DNA from: Mustelus asterias
Lineage: Eukaryota
Length of the DNA stretch: 64,000 bases
Assembly (NCBI RefSeq): GCF_964213995.1
Contig: NC_135808.1
Coordinates: 23,064,001 to 23,128,000 of the forward strand
Direction: 5' to 3'
Made by a program: the position numbers and the translations under genes. Shown piece after piece: positions 38,461-50,249 of the stretch (positions are counted from its first letter, which is position 1; each line of letters starts with the position of its first letter). The notes under the pieces were generated by a model. That model worked only from the letters and a program-made list of their open reading frames with translations, made no database searches and was not told the DNA's origin.

Positions 38461-39699
38461 TCTCCTGTTATGTCTTACCCCTTTAAATTAAACTTTTGAA
38501 AGATGTTTTGTTTCAGATTATATCTAATTATCTAGGTCTCGTATTTCCTGCTCCTCGTTCCTACCGGATATCAACTTTAAAAACTATAAACCAGAAAATT
38601 ACCTCCGAGACTACAAGCAATAAAATAATTAAATAAATGCCCGAACTTGCTACCTACCAATCAGCTCGTTCCTTATGCCCTCTACTACTTCAGCAGGGCA
38701 AGGCCACACCTTACTTTTCCTCTTCACCTTTTCGCTCGAGGAGGAAGGAGAGAGGGAAACACTAACGTTGTGTCTTAAGCTTAACCGCTCCTTGACACCA
38801 GTTCATCCGCTGTCCACTGTACATTCGAGGTGACCTTGCTGAGCTCTCCCTGAATGCTCATCTACTGCCTCTTTTGGATGATTTTCCTACTGTTTTTCTC
38901 TGGAAAAATCCACTGTACAGTCGAGGTGACTGCACTGACTTCTCCCAAAATGTTCCTCTGCCATTTCTGCTCGATGTTCTTCCTCCTCTTTGTCTATGGA
39001 GGGTTTCTTCTGCCGGCTACTCCCATGAGGACATGACGCTACAGATTTTTGTTGAGCGCAATTCTGTTGCTATCGATTGACCACAGTGGCTCATGGAAGC
39101 CGAGTCCTTGTTGTTCGATCGATTCTATCGTTTTTTTTTCCAACATCGCATGTGCCACAGGAATTGATGTAGCGTTTCTTCACTGTGAAGAGGGGCCTTT
39201 CTCTCCACATGAACACCGCGGTGGTCTCTTCTCCAAATCATGTCATGGATAAAGCAGCTGTGGTCGGCAGGGTGGTTGAAATGAGGTGGAATATGTTTTT
39301 TTCTTCTTAATGTGGGCAGAATTTTCCCATGTGCGCAGTGGGGTGGCTGCTGCTGCGACTCTCCAACTGACCAGAATGGTGGATTCCCACACCACATGCA
39401 TCGCTTTCATTCTCATTAATTGGATCCGTTCTGACTCTCCTGGCAGGACGCCAGCTAATTCGTCCAACCGCCCTCAGCTGGCAGGTGTGAAGCTTCCGGC
39501 GCCACATTTAACGACCAGTGGAACACATCCACCTTCCAGTCTCTCAGCCCACGTGTTTTAATCAGACCATGTAGAATGTCATCAACCCAGAGGGGTATGC
39601 AATAAGCCTGAATTAAGAAATATGTTCCTTGATTCAAGAACCGCCCCCCCCACCCCCAACCCATCATATGCTCCACTTAGACCTCAACCCTAGGTGCAG

Positions 39700-40930
39700 T
39701 ATTGAACCAATACTGTTACGCAGGAGGATCAATGGGTCTAACAGCACTGTGCTGTCCATGAAGACCAACTCAGCATCGAGACAGAGGCAGAAACTAATTT
39801 GTCCCGGCTGAATGGTGAACTGCTCATTCGGACCAGTGCGGCATTACGGCAGAAAGTTTGTTGCACTGACCCCGAAGAACCATGGGGATGAAGGATCGCT
39901 TTGCACTTATTCGCTGTTTGCAGTCAACGTTAACACAATGAAAGGTGATTGTGGGAATTGGAGGTCAGTCATCTCAACTATTGGGACATCACTGCTGCAG
40001 GTACACAAGAAGGTGCCTGAGACGCAATCATCTTCAGCTGCTTCATCAATGACCGTGCCCTATCCGAAAGTCATAAGTGTGGTTTTTCGCTCATTAATGC
40101 ACAATATTCAGCACCGTTCGCATCTCCTCCGGTACTGAAGTAGTAAGAACTGGATCATTACTCAGTCCTGGACTGGCAAGTAGCAAGTAACATTCCCAAC
40201 ACACAAGTACCAGGTAAGGACCATCCTCAAACATAAAGGTGCGAAATATTCTCATTACATTCAATAGAATTGCCATTGCTGAATTCCCATGCTTTCAATA
40301 TCCTAGGCTGGTACGACTAAACTGAAATCGAATTGGACTTGATAGAGAAATACTGTGGCTCGAAGTGCAGATAAAAGGCTGGGAAATCCGTGGGGAGCAA
40401 GACACTTCCTAAAGCCGACATGCTGCCCACAATCTACAAGGCAGAAGTCAGCAGGGTGATGGAATACTCAACATTTGTCTGGATATCTGCAGCTGGAACA
40501 ACACTCAAAACGCTCGAAACCATCCAGGAGAAAGCAATGCGCTTCATTGTCAACACCTCACCCCCCAAAAAAGAAACATTAATACCCTTCACCACTAATA
40601 ACCAATGCCAGGCGTGTATACCATCTACACCATACATTGGATCACCTCGTTTTTTTCTTCGACAGCACTTTGCAAACCCACATCATCTACAATCTAAGAA
40701 AAAGGGAAGAGGCCTCTTGGAAAAATACCAAACTGGAAGTTTCTTCCCATCCGGTCACCATCCTGACTTCAAAATATGACGCTGCTCCTTCACTGTTACC
40801 CAGTCAACATCCAGGAACTCCCTCGCTAACAGGACTGCAGTGCACCAAGAAGAGGGCCCACCACCAGCTTCTTAACGCCAATTAGGGGTGGGCAATAAAT
40901 GCTGGCATTACCACCGATGTGCACAACCTT
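39700..40930 (+). mobile_element. Old CR1/L2-group LINE RT remnant with 3' end
   Basis: PTIYKAEVSRVMEYS..W...TTLKTLETIQEKA; 3' end attaggggtgggcaataaatgctgg also seen near 26460. Confidence 0.6.
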
Positions 40931-40979
40931 TGACAAAAGACCCTGAATGTTTAGTCATTAAACTTAAGGCCGAGCTCTT

Positions 40980-41307
40980 TTTTTAAATACTTTTCCAATT
41001 CAATCAAATCAAATCCAATTCAGAGTCTCAACAAGTTGAGACATTTCAGATCCAGGCTGACAAGACAGGGCGAGCGACCAAATCACCCTGTCCTGGGCCT
41101 GATCTACATGAGCCAAGTTGATTGGAGGAGCAAAGCAACACCTCCTCCAAGACTTGAGCTCATTTGCATCTTAGCCAAAAGGCCGGGATGCCGCTTTTAA
41201 AAATTGCTTCATATGAAACATATGAAGCCTCAATGTAACCCAATGACCTCAACCAAGTGCAGCATCCAATCCATACTACACTTGATCTTCGCCAAAAGGC
41301 CGAGAAG
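40980..41307 (-). mobile_element. U2 snRNA-headed short retroposon (SINE-like or non-autonomous Keno-like)
   Basis: Minus strand begins CTTCTCGGCCTTTTGGCGAAGATCAAGTGTAGTA (U2 nt ~5-38), has a second CCCGGCCTTTTGGCTAAGAT motif and several hairpins, and ends in an A-rich tail; 18-bp TSD ACTTAAGGCCGAGCTCTT at 40962-40979 and 41308-41325. Confidence 0.85.
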
Positions 41308-41969
41308 ACTTAAGGCCGAGCTCTTATATTAATTCAGCATTCCTCCCAGTTCCTATCTCTGCAGCTTGTCCCAAAATGAAATACGGAAACTGGATTTAAG
41401 CACCCCCTTTCAAAGTGCAGCTGTCTCACTTCATTCCTTGCACTAGTATTGTCTATGCAGCATTAGTGCTGTATTTGATGCCCTCTGAGATGGGTTCCAG
41501 ATGGATCTCACTCAGTCTAGCATCCCCCAATAAGGGGTACCTGGGGTGTTACAATGGGCTGTTAATTTTCATGCAAAGCTCCTGTTGAAGCGATAGAATA
41601 GTGAGAAGCTTAAATGAAACAAAAAGAAATGCATTGGGTGACAGTCAGAAAATGTGTTCACGCAATCCAGGAAAAGGGAAAATAATTTTAAAAAAGTAAG
41701 TAAACCAGATGGGAGCAAAAGAAATATGTGATTAATTGTGGACAACGGCCCTGCAGTCATCCGCAAACTGCAGATCTGGTTTGTTGATGGTGGTGAATTA
41801 AATTTTGGCACTGAGGCATCTGAGGTTAAAGAACTTTCCATCCAGAATGGACTTAATAGTTGACTTCTGGTCAGCTGAATAGCCACTTTCAGGTAGATTG
41901 CGAATATTAAGGTGGTTTATCAACCTTGATGGACACAGGTCCACATCTTCACATTAATAACCATGGTAA

Positions 41970-43430
41970 CAGCAAAATACTGCGGATGCTGCTGAAAAAT
42001 CTCATCAGGTCTGACAGCATCTGTGGGGAGAGAATAGAGCCAACGTTTCGAGGCTCGATGATGCTTCGTCAGAGCTGAATGCAAAGAGAATATGCAGAAA
42101 TTTATATTTTAAGGGTCGGAAGATGGGGGTGGAATTGAACAAAAGCAATGGAAACGAGGATACAGAAGGCTGGGAAGATGCTAAGAGTGTCCATTAAGTG
42201 ATGAGAATGCAGGAATGGCAGAACACAGGTACGGATTGTTAAAGGACTGCCTGAGGAATGTGGCAGTTGCAGTGAAGGAGAGCTGGAATGGAGAAGTGAA
42301 AATATATAACTGAAAAAGGATGATTAAATGGATGAATGATAGGACTTGAAATGAAATAAAATAAATTGAAATGGGGTGACGGTGGAGGAGAGAGTTCATC
42401 CTCTGAAGTCGTTGAACTCAATGTTCAGTCCAGAAGGCTGTGAAGTGCCCAATCGCAAGGTGGGGTGCTGTTCCTCCACTTTGTGTTGGGGTTCGATAGA
42501 ACATTGCAAAAGGCCGAGGATGAACATATGGACAGGAGAGCAGGGTGGTGTGTCGAAGTGGCAAGCGACCAGAAGGACTGTGTCCTGTTTGCCGACGGAC
42601 TGAGTGTGTTCAGAAAAGCGGTCACCCTGTCTGCATTTTGTCTCTCCGATATAGAGTTGACTGCATTGGAATCAGCGAATGCAATAGTGCTGTTTGTAGG
42701 AGGTGCATGTGAACCACTGCTTCACCTGAAAGGAATGTTTTGGACCCGTGACGCAGGAAAGAAGTAAAGGAGCAGGTGTTACACCCTCTACGATTCATAG
42801 AAATCATAGAAGAAATCATAGAAGCCCTACAGTACAGAAAGAGACTATTCGGCCCATCGAGTCTGCACCGACCACAATCCCACCCTGGCCCTAGCCCCAC
42901 ATCCCTACATATTTACCCACTAATCCCTCTAACCTACGCATCTCAGGACACTAAGGACAATTTTTAGCATGGCCAATCAACCTCACCCGCAGATCTTTGG
43001 ACTATGGGAGGAAACCGGAGCACCCGGAGGAAACCCACGCAGACACGAGGAGAATGTGCAAACGCCACACAGACAGTGACCCAAGCCGGGAATCGAACCC
43101 AGGTCCCTGGAGCTGTGAAGCAGCAGTGCTAACCACTGTGCTACCGTGCCGCCTGCATGGGAAGATGCCGTGGGCAGTGGGTGAGGAGTTGGGTGTGATG
43201 GAGGAGTGGATCAGCCTATCCCAGAACGAGTGGTCCCTGTGGAATGCTGACAGCGGGGGCGAAGGGAAGCTGTGTTGGGTAGTGGCATCATGCTGGAGTT
43301 GGCAGAAATGGCTGAGGATAGTCCTTTGAATGGGAACAGAAAATACTGGAAAATCTCAGCAGGTCTCACAGCCTCTGTGGGGAGAGAATAGTCCCAACAT
43401 CTCGAGTCTAGATGACCCTTCGACAGAGCG
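41970..43430 (-). mobile_element. Penelope-like element, family B, decayed (SINE inserted at 42796-43153; second terminal repeat at ~43332-43430)
   Basis: Same terminal sequence as 33003; HHR motif CTGACGA...GAAACGTT at ~42037-42076 (-); GIY-YIG remnant on the minus strand. Confidence 0.78.
42796..43153 (-). mobile_element. HE1/V-SINE-like SINE, full length
   Basis: Head, core and (catagaaat)n tail. Confidence 0.9.
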
Positions 43431-43549
43431 GTCTGTATTGCCATTAATGGGTTTACCATGTGAAAACAAACAGATTAAAGAAGGCCAGGGCTATCGCTCA
43501 GCAAGTATGGACCCACTGAAATCCATAAGCACTTGGGGCTCAGTCATTT

Positions 43550-43930
43550 TGGAATAGAACCATAGAAAATTTCAGCTCAGAAACCGGCCTTTTGGCCCTT
43601 CTTGTCTGTGCCGAACCATTTTTTGCCCAGTCCCACTGACCTGCACTTGGAATAGAACCATAGAAAATTTTCTTCAATTTTCTTAAAGGTTTATTTGTTC
43701 GTGTTACAAGTAGGCTTATAGTAACACTACAGTGTGAAAATCCCCTAGTCGCCACACCCCGGCACCTGTTGGGGTACATTGGGGTAGAATGTAGCCTGGC
43801 CAAAGCACTGAACCTTCACGTCTTTTGTCTATGGGAGGAAACCAGCGCATCCGCACAGACAGTCATCCAAGCTGGGAACCAAACCTAGGTCCCTGGCGCT
43901 ATGATTCAGCAGTGCTAACAACTGTGCCAA
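43550..43930 (-). mobile_element. CR1-B 3' tail fragment (43550-43670) plus V-SINE variant (43685-43930)
   Basis: Matches 17411-17510 and the 22922-type SINE. Confidence 0.65.
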
Positions 43931-44278
43931 TTGAAACCTCAACCGTGGAGAATTAATAACAGTGCACAATGACAGATCACAGGACTATACCATACCAATC
44001 CCAATGTATTAGAAAGAATCAGATGAGTATATTGCAGATGTTACAGATATAACCTTCCAATGTTTCACCATGTCGGGAACTACTTGATCAATAAGGTTCT
44101 GTTCACTCAAGTTAAAGAAGTGCACAAAGGCCAACTCCCAGTTCAAGATATGAAAGGTGCAGATATGATGCAGTTGGCTGGCGAGAAGCCAGACATCTTA
44201 AACAATCCTGAGATTGGTGATGGCGTAATACATTCTATTAAGCAGCGTGCTCTGTTGGTGTGGTTGGGTTACCGAGTT

Positions 44279-44436
44279 GTGCAGGTTAGGTGGATTGGCC
44301 GTGCTAAATTGCCCCTTAGTGTCAGGAAGACTAGTTAGGCTAATACAGGGGGTTATGGGGACAGGGCCTGGGTGAGGTTGTGGTCGTTCCAGACGATAGG
44401 CTGAATGGCCTCCTTCTGAACTGTACGATTCTATGA
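44279..44436 (+). mobile_element. HE1-like SINE 3' part
   Basis: gtgcaggttaggtggattggcc...gattctatga. Confidence 0.8.
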
Positions 44437-44851
44437 CTCTCATAAACCTGAGCTGCAAAGGTGTCTGGGAAAGGGGAGCAGAGATTGAATGTGATGGAAG
44501 TGTGGGCCAAGTTTTCCACGCCACAAAGAGGTGAGGGCACCCTGCTTATCCTTATAACTGTGTGCAAGATATTCAGCTGTTCCATTGACCCAGGCCTGCG
44601 AAGAATGACCAGTTAGAGCCATAGCAGTGACGGAAATCAGAGGCTGCTCGGCACTTTAAATAATTGAAGCAGATTGTTTTCTTCCACTTGTAACGTGTCT
44701 CCAATGCAGCCAATAGTGAGCAAGTTTGTGCTATGCGGATATTGGTGAGTGAATTTCGTTTGAATTTTAAACTTTAAATCAACACATGCTGCGTCAGAAG
44801 TTGAATGGTAAACCATAATTTCTAGCTACATTTTCGTTTTCTCTCTTACAG

Positions 44852-45717
44852 TTAAGTGTAGTGGCGATTGCAGTCCTCACCTGGGGGAAGGGCAGCCTTT
44901 CCACTTTCACCACTCGCTACATGGTGGCCATGGCAATGGTAGATCTGCGAGTCATTATCAATGCTGTCATATTCTTAGGAATCAGTTCTTATTATTTGCT
45001 GTCATCTTTTTGGGGCATCGCCCCTGTTTGCAGTGTTAGCTTCATCCTGATTTATGCAGCTACGGAATGTTCTGTCTGGTTCATTGTCGTTTTCTCCTTT
45101 GATAGATTTGAGACCATTTGTTGCTCGAAGATTGAAACAAAATATTGCTCCGAGAAAACGGCAGTTGTTGTTCTTTCGACGACTTGAACTCTACTCTGTT
45201 TAAAAGCCAACCTGGTCAATTCAGACCTGAACCTGGAGAGGTAATTGACAATGTTCCCTTGTTCCGTAATGACAAGCAAAGCTATTATACTGATCTTGGG
45301 TGGCATTTAATTTATTTGATAGCATTTTTACAACATTGCTCCAGTTGACTACAATTATGTTGCTCAATGCTATGACAGTCAGATATATTTTAGTGACGTG
45401 ACGAGTCCTTAAGGGACTGAGGGGTCAGAACCAGGGAGAGAATCGCAGTGACCCAGAGGTGGAGAGCAGAAGGAAGTCTGTGATTTTGCTCTTCCCCTTT
45501 TCTGGCAGTCTCATACTTCAATGGATTTTAAATGGAATCAAGTTGTCGTGTGTTGGAGTGCAGGAGGTAATCACGAATATTACAATGATTCCTTGAAAGT
45601 CTTTGTGAAAATCAGACCGATGCTGGTGGATTTAAATTGCGATACAAACGTATTTATTATGTAGTGGCCCAATGCAAGTTCAAAGAACAGTTCAAAAGTC
45701 TGGTGAAATATTCGGTT
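44852..45717 (+). pseudogene. GPR139/142-like GPCR pseudogene (exon 2), 3' end interrupted by an ERV LTR
   Basis: Acceptor ctctcttacag; paralogous to 27561-28459 (TTRYMVAMA, CSVWFIVVFSFDRF, KGLRGQNQGENRSDPEVESRRKS); in-frame stops and frameshifts. Confidence 0.9.
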
Positions 45718-46899
45718 TGTCGAAATCTCGACTTCTGAGTTTGACTTTAACGCAAACACACATAAACACAATAAACTTAACAGACAGATTGTCTTTATTT
45801 ACTTGCTAGCAAGGGGACGGTCTTGACACAATGGGTCAGAGGCACCACTCCACCGGACGAAAGAAAACCATCCTGGTTTATCCAATTCTGCAGCTCACAG
45901 TCAGTTAGGCACAATCCAATCAAAAGTGTTACGAATGACATACTTTAAGTATTGATCCAATAGAATGAAAGTACTGAACCACGCTGATGTACAAGATCAC
46001 GATACCTCGTGGGATAACCCAATATATCATCCCTAAGCCTGTCTTCTAGTCTTTTAATCAGACATCATGTCTCTATTTTGATAGCAGCCTCACAAAATAT
46101 CTTCACGAAAACAGTCTCACATGGACATTCTTTAATTGAGAAAGGGGGCATTCAAAGGCCATTAGCATTTTAGGGCCTTGTCAGTGAAGTTAACTGAATC
46201 TCTAAGGGATATGGTCAACTCAACTTGGTCTCAGAATATTCCCTGATTATAGCCCTGATATGTTTGTTTATGGCCAACATAATGAAACACGTGTATATAT
46301 TGCTTATCAATTCAATGACTGACCTTTTTATCACTACCTACAATTTCGAGGGGTGTCATCATGTTTCTATTAATCATTGTCAGTTCCCATTAAGTCCCCA
46401 ACCATAACTCTTTCGTTAGCTGTGATACTAATGTCTTTCTGACTCTGTTTTGATTAGAAACTGTGAAGGCAACCTCATTAAAACTCACTCTTGTATCAGT
46501 TGTTTCTGATAAGGGATCTGGTAAGGCAATTAAGTGTCCTTTATGGCCTTGTGATTCCAACAGTTGGATGCTTTAAATGAATGTATCTAACGTATGTTTA
46601 GTATCAAAGGACACTCTAAAACTGTGCATCTAAATTTCTTTGTTTAACTTCTAAAAATGTACAGAAGATATATTTATATTTATAGACTAATTAAAGGTAT
46701 TAAACATATCTTTAAAAGTACAAAGTACTAAAAACACCTAATTACAATTACGAACAAACTTGGTCCCCATTGATAAAATGAATTCTACATCTAAGTTTGA
46801 TTAAACAGAAAACTCGAGCAGAGTCTGGCAATCTCGGAGTAACCCTTTTCTTTTCTATCTTTCTACATGCCCTCCTCTTGTCCTTGTCAAGGACAACAA

Positions 46900-48120
46900 T
46901 TTCAATCTAACTGAATCTTGTAAAGTCTCTTCATTTCCTTGTCTACTGCATTCTCTGAGAGTTCTGGAGTTGTTATTATCATCATAGTGGCTACAGCTCC
47001 TGGTATAACTGCATTTCCAAACCGTGCACGGCAACACTTTATCATGGCAAATACCAGACATAGGGTAACGATAACGGCCAAAAATACGATTAACCCATGT
47101 ACTAGGGACCTACCTATTGCTCCTAAACATCACCCCACCCAACCAAAAATTCTCGAAGAATCTGGTTCCTTAAACATCTTATCCTTCTTTTGGACATGGT
47201 CCACTAAACTACCAATTTCATCAGAATACTTGGGGATGTATGTGCAGCATTCAGACCTTATTATCGCACATGTCCCACCTTTTTCAGCTAACAAATAATC
47301 TAGGGCCATCCTGTTCTGTAAAGTCACTGTCCTAATGGCTCTCATCTCATTGCTTAACCCTTTTATAGCTTTTGTGATTTCATTTGCCACCACTTCTAAT
47401 AATTTAGCTATTTTTATCATTTCGACTGAGGTAAATCCCATTCCAACAGAGGGAAAAAGGGTGGAGAAGAATTGTTGTGTTTCTGTAAGTGCGCGTTTAG
47501 ACCAATAAAGGGGGAGATGTGCTAGGGAGGGCAAATGATGGATATAAGACATTACATAGCCCAGGTAACATGACCCTTCCCAATTTAATGGCAACCAGGG
47601 ATATGCTTGATGTCCATACAACAAAGTATGTTCCATTTAAGGTTCACAAACTGATACCATTTCCTTCAGTTATAGTGTTTGCAAATGTGCGGATCAGTGA
47701 AATGTTACACTTAGTTGTTCCTGCATTCCATCCACCTGTCTGTATGCTGACCAGACAAATTGTCCCATTGGGTCTCCCTTGTTCTGTTGTGTGAGTAAGG
47801 AACAAGACAGGGGGCTTCTGAGAAAGGTTATAATTAGCTTGGAACCTTCCATTAAATTTATTCATATTATGCCCAGCTGATTTCCAATGTTCCCTGCTAT
47901 TCACTCGTCGTTCCTGAAGAAGGACTATTGTTCTGATTTTGGGCGACATTTTCTGATTCAGCCACCATTCTGATTCATTGAAAGGAATTGGACTTAAAGG
48001 AATACCTCCTTCGGGTGCGTCGGTACATGAGTACACACCCAACAGCTGGAAGCGGTGATATCCCTGGCATAGGTGTATCACATGTGCATGAAGGTATTTA
48101 TGTGCAATTCACACAATACA
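46900..48120 (-). pseudogene. env: ERV-1 env (SU-TM), frameshifted
   Basis: WEGSCYLG, SKR cleavage site, immunosuppressive domain LQNRMALDYLLAEKGGTC and CX6CC (CAIIRSECC). Confidence 0.9.
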
Positions 48121-50236
48121 TGTATTATATATGTCACAAGAAAATAGAGTCTTAATGTCCAGTTTCCTATATCGATGAGGCTGATGATTCCTTTTCCTCG
48201 GGACCTGGAGCCCACTTGCAATGCGATGCGTGGATCCATGACGGTCTTTCCTTCACCTTGATCGCAGTGTTGGTGGTCAGCAAGACGTGAGAGGGGCCCT
48301 CAAATCGTGGGTGAAGACTATTCTCTCTTTTAAACACCTTCACATGAAAGACGTCGCCCAGTTCTAAGTTGTGGCACCTCCCTTCTGTGGGATCAGTCTG
48401 AGCTTCCTTTACCTGGGAATGGAAACTAGAAATACATTTTGTTAACGCAATACAATCGTTTAGCACATTTTCTTCCATTCTGTGGATATTCAAATGCTTA
48501 ACAGAAATAAAAAGGCAAATGTTACGGGCTTGTGTGGCAATAGCCCAATTGTTCTGTTTGTTGCTGACCGCATTACCATTACTGCTCAGGGTAACAGTTG
48601 AACCGATTTTATTCCGGTTTCCACACAATGTTTGCCAGCTTGTTCTTCAGCATTCCATTATATCTCTATACCAGTCCAGCTGACTGTGGAGGATAACTGC
48701 AATGAAAATGCTGATTGATTCGCAATGCTTGACACATTTCTTTCATATCTGTCCCGTTAAAATGTGATCCATTATCACTTGAAAGTTGTAGAGGTATGCC
48801 AAATCGTGGCACAATTTATTTTAGGAAATACTTAGCAACAATAGTAGCATCATTATTTTTAAATGGAAAGGCTTCAAGCCATCTAGGAAATACATCAATA
48901 ATTACTAATATACACTTAACTCCCATGCACGGGGGTAATTCAATAAAATCAATTTGCAGATTTATAAAGGGTCCTGTTGGATTTGGGTGGGAGGCAGCCT
49001 ATACCTTTTCTGTTTTTCCCAGATTTATGGTTTGACAGGAAACACATCTTTCAGTAATTTGTTTGTGGTTGCTGAAATATCTGGTGCATACCATTTTTAA
49101 AAATATAGTCTGCCACCCCCCCCCCCCACCCCCACCCCCTTTTTCGAATCTCCAATTTACCTTCTTTTTTTTCCTTCCTCCCGGGATCTCTGTTCAAAAG
49201 GCATTCTTCTAGACAGGATATTCTATCGAGGTTGAATGTATCAAAAGGTGGGAAAGATTTTTTCTTACCCTTGGTCCATTCTACCCATTGTTGCAGGTCA
49301 CTGATTGGTGACTGACCACAATTTTGAAACAAAGAAAGCTGATGTTCCCTTCTGTGAAATTTTATTCGAACTCGCTCCCATTCTCTTAACCGATTGAGTT
49401 GGCACAGGTCACAGTATACAATCCCATTGCATCAACCGGTATTCTCTTCGCTCACTTCACCTGGCCTTCATGTGCCCATTTGGGCTCTTAATTCCGGCTC
49501 AGTCTGGGTGTCTGTGATATTTGTTGGAAGCAAGTCACTCGTTTGCTGATCAACCGATTATCACAGCAACTCAATCAGTTAAGGGTGATTTACTTTGTAT
49601 CTCTCTGTTAATTCCCAGTGATTTGATTCCCAAGGGCTCGATAGGAACATAAAGTACAAAACGCACAACAAAAAATCACTTGCAGTACAATCTTATACTT
49701 TAACTAAACATATAAACAATTCTCTGTCTACGTTGTGTGCCACCACAGACAGAGCCCTTAGCACATTATCTTAAACTCTAACAGTGCACTTTACTTAATC
49801 TCACTTATGATCCTATCACAGAAGGATCGGTCCTATCACACAAGGACTCTATCTGTCCCTTTTAGCTTTTTTGCTCCATCAAACAAGGGCTTATTCCTCT
49901 CACAGATGGAACAGTAACTTTCTCTCTTTCTTCTGACGTCTTTCCTGTAGGCTTACTTACACAACCTGTCCAGTCTGTTCAGGAGTGGATTTTGAACAAT
50001 CTGTCCCTCTTTGTCGTCAAGCTAAAGAAGAGGAAGTGATAAAAATAAGTTACTGAAATCAGTCAAATATCGCAGGACACCCGCCGGGACAAACAGACTG
50101 CACTTTCATCCATCCAAGGGAGGGCCTCTTTAGTGACTGAAGTATCACCCTTTATTTCACTGGCCAGTTGGAGTCATTCCTTGGAGAGCCGCTGTCCTTG
50201 TGTCTGTTTACTCACCAGGTAGGGGCAAGTGATTTT

Positions 50237-50249
50237 GGAGGAACCTCCA
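50237..50249 (-). promoter_or_regulatory. ERV-1 primer-binding site, tRNA-Gln-like
   Basis: Minus strand TGGAGGTTCCTCC versus TGGAGGTTCCACC expected for tRNA-Gln; 8 nt from the LTR end. Confidence 0.6.

Noticed and set aside
38780-39600. Possible Harbinger Myb/SANT-like remnant on the minus strand
   Set aside because: Only a faint impression of similarity, with no reliable motif or termini; needs a profile search
41274-41307. Functional U2 snRNA gene
   Set aside because: Only ~34 nt of U2, lacking the first bases, the Sm site and the 3' stems; enclosed in a TSD
44000-44760. Exon 1 of the GPCR pseudogene
   Set aside because: A gtgagt donor exists near 44745, but the upstream sequence does not translate to a recognisable IYY..LA.IG.P peptide
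47130-47636. Co-opted syncytin-like env
   Set aside because: SU and the TM anchor lie in other frames with stops; no intact env ORF in either ERV
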